Shown: piece by piece, positions 43,916-48,655 of the stretch | How positions within the stretch are numbered: the first letter of the stretch is position 1 | Layout of the letters: every line of letters begins with the position of its first letter | From: Patescibacteria group bacterium | GTDB taxonomy: Bacteria; Patescibacteriota; Minisyncoccia; UBA6257; HR35 | Direction: 5' to 3' | Assembly: GCA_040290225.1 (NCBI GenBank) | Contig: PSMS01000001.1 | Coordinates: 1 to 48,655 of the forward strand | Length of the DNA: 48,655 nucleotides | The notes under the pieces: model-generated | Seen by the model: the letters and a program-made list of their open reading frames with translations, nothing else | Databases searched by the model: none | What the model was told of the DNA's origin: nothing | Program-made: the position numbers and the translations under genes

Positions 43916-44901
43916 AAGTTTTAATTACTGGAGGAAGTGGTTATATTGGAAGTATGTTAGTTTCTGAATTAAAAGAAGATAAAAGAATTGAAAAGATTTA
44001 TGTAATTGATATAAAAAATCCTAAGTTTTTATGGAAACCAAATGAAAAAATAAAATTTATTAATAAAAATTTGGTTGAAAATTGGGAAGAGGAAATTCAA
44101 GAAAATATTGATGTTATTGTTCATTGTGCTTTTCATCTTCGAAGACCTTTTTGGCCCTGGCAACTAAAAAAACATCTTTTTGAAAATTACTTTGGTTTTG
44201 AAAAAGTTTTAGAATTTGCCAATAAAAATAATACTAAAAAAATCATTGTTTTGAGTTCAATTGCTGTTTATGGAGCTAACAAAGAAAACGATCTTACCAA
44301 ACCATTTAAAGAAGATGATGAGTTAAAAGAAAAAATTTATCTTTATGGAATTGAAAAAATAAAAATGGAAGAACAAGCAAAAAAGTTTTCTTTAAAAAGC
44401 AAAACAAAAATAATCATTTTAAGATTAGCTTCAGTTACCGGACCATTTGCTCAAAATATTTACAAAAAAGGAGGCTTATTAAAATTTTTAAAAAATATTT
44501 CTCCTTTTATTTTTTTAACTAATGAAAAATCTTTAAGGCAATATGTTCATGAAGATGATGTTGTTGAGGCTCTTAAATTTTTTGTTTTTAATGACCTTAA
44601 TGAAAATTTAGAGATTTTTAACATTGCTCCACCAACATTTATTTATTTTAAAGATATTGCTAAAATTTTAAAGAAAAAAACAATTTTTATTCCTTATGGA
44701 TTAGCTAAATTTTTATTTAAATTCTTTTGGTATATCTCTTTTGGTAAAATACCAACTTCTCCAGGCTCAATTAATTCTTATACTTTTCCAATTTTTGTTG
44801 ATGGTTCAAAAATTAAAAATTTAGGTTTTGAATATAAATATAACTCTTTAGATGCTTTTTTAGCTAATAAGGGAAAATATTTATTTACCCCAAAAAGTTA
44901 A
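43912..44901 (+). CDS. NAD-dependent nucleoside-diphosphate-sugar epimerase/dehydratase (SDR, extended)
   Basis: MKVLITGGSGYIGS Rossmann motif, SSIAVYG and YGIEK (YxxxK). Confidence 0.8.
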   Translation: MKVLITGGSGYIGSMLVSELKEDKRIEKIYVIDIKNPKFLWKPNEKIKFINKNLVENWEEEIQENIDVIVHCAFHLRRPFWPWQLKKHLFENYFGFEKVLEFANKNNTKKIIVLSSIAVYGANKENDLTKPFKEDDELKEKIYLYGIEKIKMEEQAKKFSLKSKTKIIILRLASVTGPFAQNIYKKGGLLKFLKNISPFIFLTNEKSLRQYVHEDDVVEALKFFVFNDLNENLEIFNIAPPTFIYFKDIAKILKKKTIFIPYGLAKFLFKFFWYISFGKIPTSPGSINSYTFPIFVDGSKIKNLGFEYKYNSLDAFLANKGKYLFTPKS

Positions 44902-46197
44902 AAATACTCTTAAGGTCTTTAAAATAATAATAAAATCTAAAACTAAATTTCTATTTTTTAAATAAAATAAATCATAAGCTAATCTTTCTTTGGCTTCTTC
45001 AAGAGTATCACCTGTTTTTTCATTTATTTGGGCCCAACCACTAATTCCTGGCTTAATTAATGTTCTCAAAGTGTAGTGAGGAATTTTCTTTTTTAAAAAT
45101 TCATAATATTTTAAAGAATCTGGTCGAGGCCCAATAAAGCTAATATCATTTTTTAAAACATTTATTACTTGAGGAATTTCGTCTAAATGAAACTTTCTTA
45201 AAATTTTTCCAAAAGGAAAAATTCTTTCATCTCCTTCTTTCACACCAAATATTTCTTCTTTTTGCGGATCTTTATAGTCTATTTCATGCATTGTTCTAAA
45301 CTTATAAAGAGTAAAAATTTTTTCTCGGTAGCCAACTCTTTTGTCTTTAAAGAAAATTGGTCCTTTTGAAGAAATTTTAATCCCTAAAATAATAAATGGT
45401 AGTAAGGGTAAAGAAAGAATAATAACAATTAAAGCTAAAATAATATCAATTCCTCTTTTTATTACTTCGTAAATTTGATCTTTAGTATATAAATTGTCTA
45501 AAACCCATTCTTCATTTACATAACCCACAGGAATTTTATTAATAAAAATTTCAACAAAACTTAGAGAACTAAGAACAAGTTTCCCTTTTAAAATTTCATT
45601 GACTAAATTAGAGGAAAAATCTTCATCTCTTAAAAGATCACTGGCAACAACATAATAATCGTAACTTTCTTGATTAATTAATTCATTAAAATTTCGATAA
45701 TGAGCTATTTCTTTAAAACCTAAAGATTTGTGATTTTCTAAATAATTTTTTATTTCTTCAATATCTTTTGTTTCTCCAATCAAAGCTATTTTTTTATAAC
45801 TTTCAAAAAGATATTTATTTAAAAGAAGGTTTCTAAATTCAATATTCAAAATAATGAAAATTATAATGAATAGAACTAATAAAGTTTTTGGAGAGATTTT
45901 GAAAATTGGTAAAGTATAAAAAACTAAAATTGTTAAAAAAAGTGAAATAAAAATTGCTCTTAAATAATTTTTTGAAAAATCAGAAAAAGAACTTATTTTT
46001 TTAATATTATATAAATCAAAGATATAAAATATTAAAAACCAAATAAAAAAAATAATTAAGAAAGGAAAAAAATGAATTTTATAAATTTCTAAGCTAAATT
46101 CAGGAAAATTTCTAATAAAGAGAGCTAAAAACAAAGAGAAAAAAAATGTAAAAAAATCAATTAAAATAAATATGAAGTCCTTTAATTTAATACTCAT
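44881..46197 (-). CDS. Polyprenyl-phosphate glycosyl-1-phosphate transferase (WbaP/CpsE-type bacterial sugar transferase)
   Basis: N-terminal TM bundle. The C-terminal catalytic domain has KRGIDIILALIV, FTLYKFRTM, DEIPQVINVLKNDISFIGPRP and KPGISGWAQIN. Confidence 0.85.
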   Translation of the reverse strand: MSIKLKDFIFILIDFFTFFFSLFLALFIRNFPEFSLEIYKIHFFPFLIIFFIWFLIFYIFDLYNIKKISSFSDFSKNYLRAIFISLFLTILVFYTLPIFKISPKTLLVLFIIIFIILNIEFRNLLLNKYLFESYKKIALIGETKDIEEIKNYLENHKSLGFKEIAHYRNFNELINQESYDYYVVASDLLRDEDFSSNLVNEILKGKLVLSSLSFVEIFINKIPVGYVNEEWVLDNLYTKDQIYEVIKRGIDIILALIVIILSLPLLPFIILGIKISSKGPIFFKDKRVGYREKIFTLYKFRTMHEIDYKDPQKEEIFGVKEGDERIFPFGKILRKFHLDEIPQVINVLKNDISFIGPRPDSLKYYEFLKKKIPHYTLRTLIKPGISGWAQINEKTGDTLEEAKERLAYDLFYLKNRNLVLDFIIILKTLRVFLTFWGK

Positions 46198-46240
46198 TCT
46201 TTTTTAATAATTATAAGCGAAAAATCTTATAATCAAAAAA

Positions 46241-47383
46241 ATGAAAAAATTAAGAATTTGTTTTACTGGAGGAGCAACCGGAGGACATTTTTTCCCACTT
46301 CTTTTTGTTTTAAGAGAGCTAAAAAAAATTGAAAAAGAAAAAAATGCTAAATTTGAATATTATTACATCGGTGTTAAACCTATGGATGAGAAATTATTAA
46401 AAGAAGAGGGAGTTAAAATTTATAAAATTGGTGAAGTTAAATTAAGAAGATATTTTGATTTTCAAAATTTTTTAGATTTTTTAAAAACTCCTTTGGTTTT
46501 TTTACAAAGTTTGTTTTATGTTTTTATTACAATGCCTGATGTTTTATTTTCTAAAGGTGGTCCTAGTTCATTTTTTGTCGTTTTAGCTGCTTGGATTTTC
46601 CGAATACCAATTTTAATTCATGATTCCGATTCAATTCCTGGTTTAGCTAATAAGATTTCTTCATTTTTTGCTAAAAAAATAGCTTTGGCTTTTGATGAAG
46701 CTCGAAACTTTTTTCCTAAAGAAAAAGTTATTGTTGTTGGTCAACCAATAGATGAAAGAATAATTTTTAATCCTATTTTTAAAGAAGATTATGAAAGATT
46801 TGATTTAAACTCCGATGAAAAAATAATTTTAGTTTTCGGTGGTTCTCAAGGATCAGAATTTTTAAATGATCTAATAGTTGAAATTTTACCTGAATTGTTA
46901 AATATTGCCCAGATAGTTCATCTTACTGGTCAAAATCTTTATAAAGATACTTATCTTTATGCTTTAAGTAAGATTAGACAAAAAAATCCACTCAAAGAAA
47001 AAAAATATAAAGCATTCCCATTTTTAAAAAATGAAGATTTTTTGATTTTAATGAAAATGGCTGATTTAATAATTTCTCGAGCTGGTTCAAGTTCAATTTT
47101 TGAAATTGCTGCTTTAGGAAAACCAAGTATTCTTATACCTTTAAGTAAATCAATTGTTGGGGATCATCAAAAAAGAAATGCTTTTATTTATTCTCAATAT
47201 GGTGCTTGTTTGTTTTTAGATGAACCAAATGCCAAACCCCATCTTCTTTTAAACATAATTAGAGACTTATTTAATCGACCCCAATATTTAGAAGAAATGA
47301 GCAAAAATGCAAAAAATTTTTATAAACCGGGCGCTGCTTACAAATTAGCTGAGGAGTTATTGTTTTTAGCTCAATGGACTTAA
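46241..47383 (+). CDS. murG: Undecaprenyldiphospho-muramoylpentapeptide beta-N-acetylglucosaminyltransferase
   Basis: FTGGATGGHFFP, HDSDSIPGLANK, FGGSQGSE and ISRAGSSSIFEIAALGKPSILIP. Confidence 0.88.
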   Translation: MKKLRICFTGGATGGHFFPLLFVLRELKKIEKEKNAKFEYYYIGVKPMDEKLLKEEGVKIYKIGEVKLRRYFDFQNFLDFLKTPLVFLQSLFYVFITMPDVLFSKGGPSSFFVVLAAWIFRIPILIHDSDSIPGLANKISSFFAKKIALAFDEARNFFPKEKVIVVGQPIDERIIFNPIFKEDYERFDLNSDEKIILVFGGSQGSEFLNDLIVEILPELLNIAQIVHLTGQNLYKDTYLYALSKIRQKNPLKEKKYKAFPFLKNEDFLILMKMADLIISRAGSSSIFEIAALGKPSILIPLSKSIVGDHQKRNAFIYSQYGACLFLDEPNAKPHLLLNIIRDLFNRPQYLEEMSKNAKNFYKPGAAYKLAEELLFLAQWT

Positions 47384-47697
47384 ACAATAAAATTTTTTAT
47401 TTTTTAAAAAGATTAACATTTTGGATTTATTTCTTTTCTCCTTTTATAGTTTGGCTTTTAATTTATTTTCAAGGACCAACCTATTTGGTTTTAGTAAAAA
47501 AAGAATCTTTTAGTTCTTCAATTGTAATTTTTAGTTCGTTTTTATGGCAATTAATTATTTTTTTAGGTTTTATTCAATTTATTAATATGTTTTTTTATCT
47601 TTTGTTGAAAAGGAAAATTTTTGTTATAATCAATATTATCTTTATTTTTTTTCATCTGATTTTTGCTTTAAAGGTCTTGTTTTTTAATTTTTACTAA
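47374..47697 (+). CDS. Small 3-TM membrane protein, unknown function
   Basis: Hydrophobic segments only. The frame overlaps the murG end by 10 nt. Confidence 0.4.
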   Translation: MDLNNKIFYFLKRLTFWIYFFSPFIVWLLIYFQGPTYLVLVKKESFSSSIVIFSSFLWQLIIFLGFIQFINMFFYLLLKRKIFVIINIIFIFFHLIFALKVLFFNFY

Positions 47698-47699
47698 AA

Positions 47700-48014
47700 A
47701 TGAAAATAGCAGTTATTCAAACAGGTGGGAAACAATATTTAGTTAAAGAAGGAGACAAGATAAAAATAAATAAAATTAAAAATCATAGTCAAAAAGAAAT
47801 TGTTTTTAATGATATTTTGTTTTATTCAGATAATGAAAAAACTTTGATTGGTCAGCCTAAATTAGATAATGTTGAGGTTATAGGTGAAGTTTTAGAAGAA
47901 AAAAAAGAAAAAATTTTAGTTTGGAAATATAAACCAAAAACAAGATACAGAAAAAAGAAGGGTTACAAAAATTATTTTTTTATTGTTAAAGTAAAAGAAA
48001 TAAAAGAAAAATGA
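47700..48014 (+). CDS. rplU: 50S ribosomal protein L21
   Basis: MKIAVIQTGGKQYLVKEGDKIKI...KYKPKTRYRKKKGY. Confidence 0.92.
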   Translation: MKIAVIQTGGKQYLVKEGDKIKINKIKNHSQKEIVFNDILFYSDNEKTLIGQPKLDNVEVIGEVLEEKKEKILVWKYKPKTRYRKKKGYKNYFFIVKVKEIKEK

Positions 48015-48271
48015 AACCAGAATTACCTTCTCAACCAAACGGACATAAATCAAAAAAAGAACTATTCAATAAAATATGGGCTTATATTGAATATGATCCC
48101 GAGACAGGGTTAGTTAAAAGAAAAGGAATTAGGTTTCCTTCAATGCACATCGATGATCTTTTAAAAATGTTAGAAGAATTAGAAAAAAAATATGGAGGAA
48201 ATAAAACAATAAAAGAAATTGTTGATGAGATATTTGATGAGATATTTAAATCACAATCATCGCAAAATTAA
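48011..48271 (+). CDS. Hypothetical 86-aa protein translationally coupled to rplU (ATGA overlap)
   Basis: Open frame with an acidic helical C-terminus ([16 protein letters not shown]...[11 protein letters not shown]). No recognised motif. Confidence 0.45.
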   Translation: MKPELPSQPNGHKSKKELFNKIWAYIEYDPETGLVKRKGIRFPSMHIDDLLKMLEELEKKYGGNKTIKEIVDEIFDEIFKSQSSQN

Positions 48272-48288
48272 TTTTTAAACTAAAATTT

Positions 48289-48655
48289 ATGATTAAAAAG
48301 CTTCTTTCTTTTTTTCTTAAAGATTATGTTTCTGAATGGAAACCAATTGTTGAAAAAATAAATAGTTTAGAAAAAGATTTTGAGAAATTATCTGATGATC
48401 AATTAAAAGAGAAAACTTTTGAATTTAAAGAAAGATTAAAAAAAGGAGAAAAATTGGACGATTTATTACCTGAAGCTTTTGCTGTTGTCAGAGAAGCAGC
48501 AAAAAGAACTTTGGGGCAAAGACATTTTGATGTTCAGCTTTTAGGTGGAATTGGTTTGCATAAAGGAATGGTAATTGAAATGATGACTGGTGAAGGAAAA
48601 ACAATCACAGCAACTTTAGCTGCTTATTTAAATGCTCTAACCGGAGACGGAGTTC
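48289..48655 (+). CDS. secA: Preprotein translocase ATPase SecA, N-terminal 122 aa (runs off the right edge)
   Basis: My translation from the ATG at 48289 is ...[64 protein letters not shown] (Walker A region). Confidence 0.92.
   Translation, partial: MIKKLLSFFLKDYVSEWKPIVEKINSLEKDFEKLSDDQLKEKTFEFKERLKKGEKLDDLLPEAFAVVREAAKRTLGQRHFDVQLLGGIGLHKGMVIEMMTGEGKTITATLAAYLNALTGDGV

Noticed and set aside
1-48655. Alternative genetic code (UGA as Gly or Trp, as in Gracilibacteria/SR1 or mycoplasmas)
   Set aside because: TGA terminates full-length conserved proteins at several ATGA junctions (serS/archease, ftsW/epimerase, rplU/orf86, SBP-like/pilin-1). No conserved gene needs read-through of TGA. The standard code 11 fits.

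Overview
The window is very AT-rich (roughly 27-30% GC by eye) and about 95% coding. It uses the standard genetic code: TGA acts as a stop in several ATGA stop/start overlaps. Compact RpoB/RpoC/GyrA, short ribosomal proteins, many small exported proteins and broken classical operons fit a reduced-genome bacterium of the CPR/Patescibacteria type; this taxonomic call is inference. Most genes are housekeeping: ppa, nusA, rsmA, folD, glyA, rpmA, rpoC, rpoB, gyrA, an S1-like protein, ftsH, gyrB, clpP, serS, rplM, rpsI, rplU and the 5' end of secA. An envelope set includes a LysM/M23 peptidase, an FtsQ-like protein, FtsW/RodA, MurG, an epimerase, a polyprenyl-phosphate sugar transferase and two tandem Wzx-like flippases. 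There are two GC-rich clusters of three tRNAs each: Ser-Glu-Leu on the minus strand and Asp-Ile-Leu on the plus strand. Seven things stand out. (1) Six tightly packed genes (20400-23052) encode seven copies of a small exported Cys-pair + TM-loop-TM module. The layout resembles TrbC/VirB2 pilins, but no secretion ATPase lies in the window, and the array is translationally coupled to a membrane-anchored solute-binding-like protein. (2) rtcB is split by a 471-aa intein inserted exactly before the active-site Cys, and its LAGLIDADG motifs look degenerate. An unlinked archease gene is also present. (3) A single-gene GC-rich island encodes a GNVGIGTT-repeat, tail-fibre-like exported protein with three perfectly conserved 24-29-nt repeats. 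(4) A 52-aa zinc-ribbon ORF missing from the ORF track has its own near-consensus promoter. (5) One gene fuses an ATP-cone to a PD-(D/E)xK nuclease-like domain. (6) A Cys-rich secreted tandem-repeat protein runs off the left edge. (7) Ribosomal and RNA polymerase synteny is unusual. I saw no rRNA, CRISPR array, transposase, integrase or reverse transcriptase.
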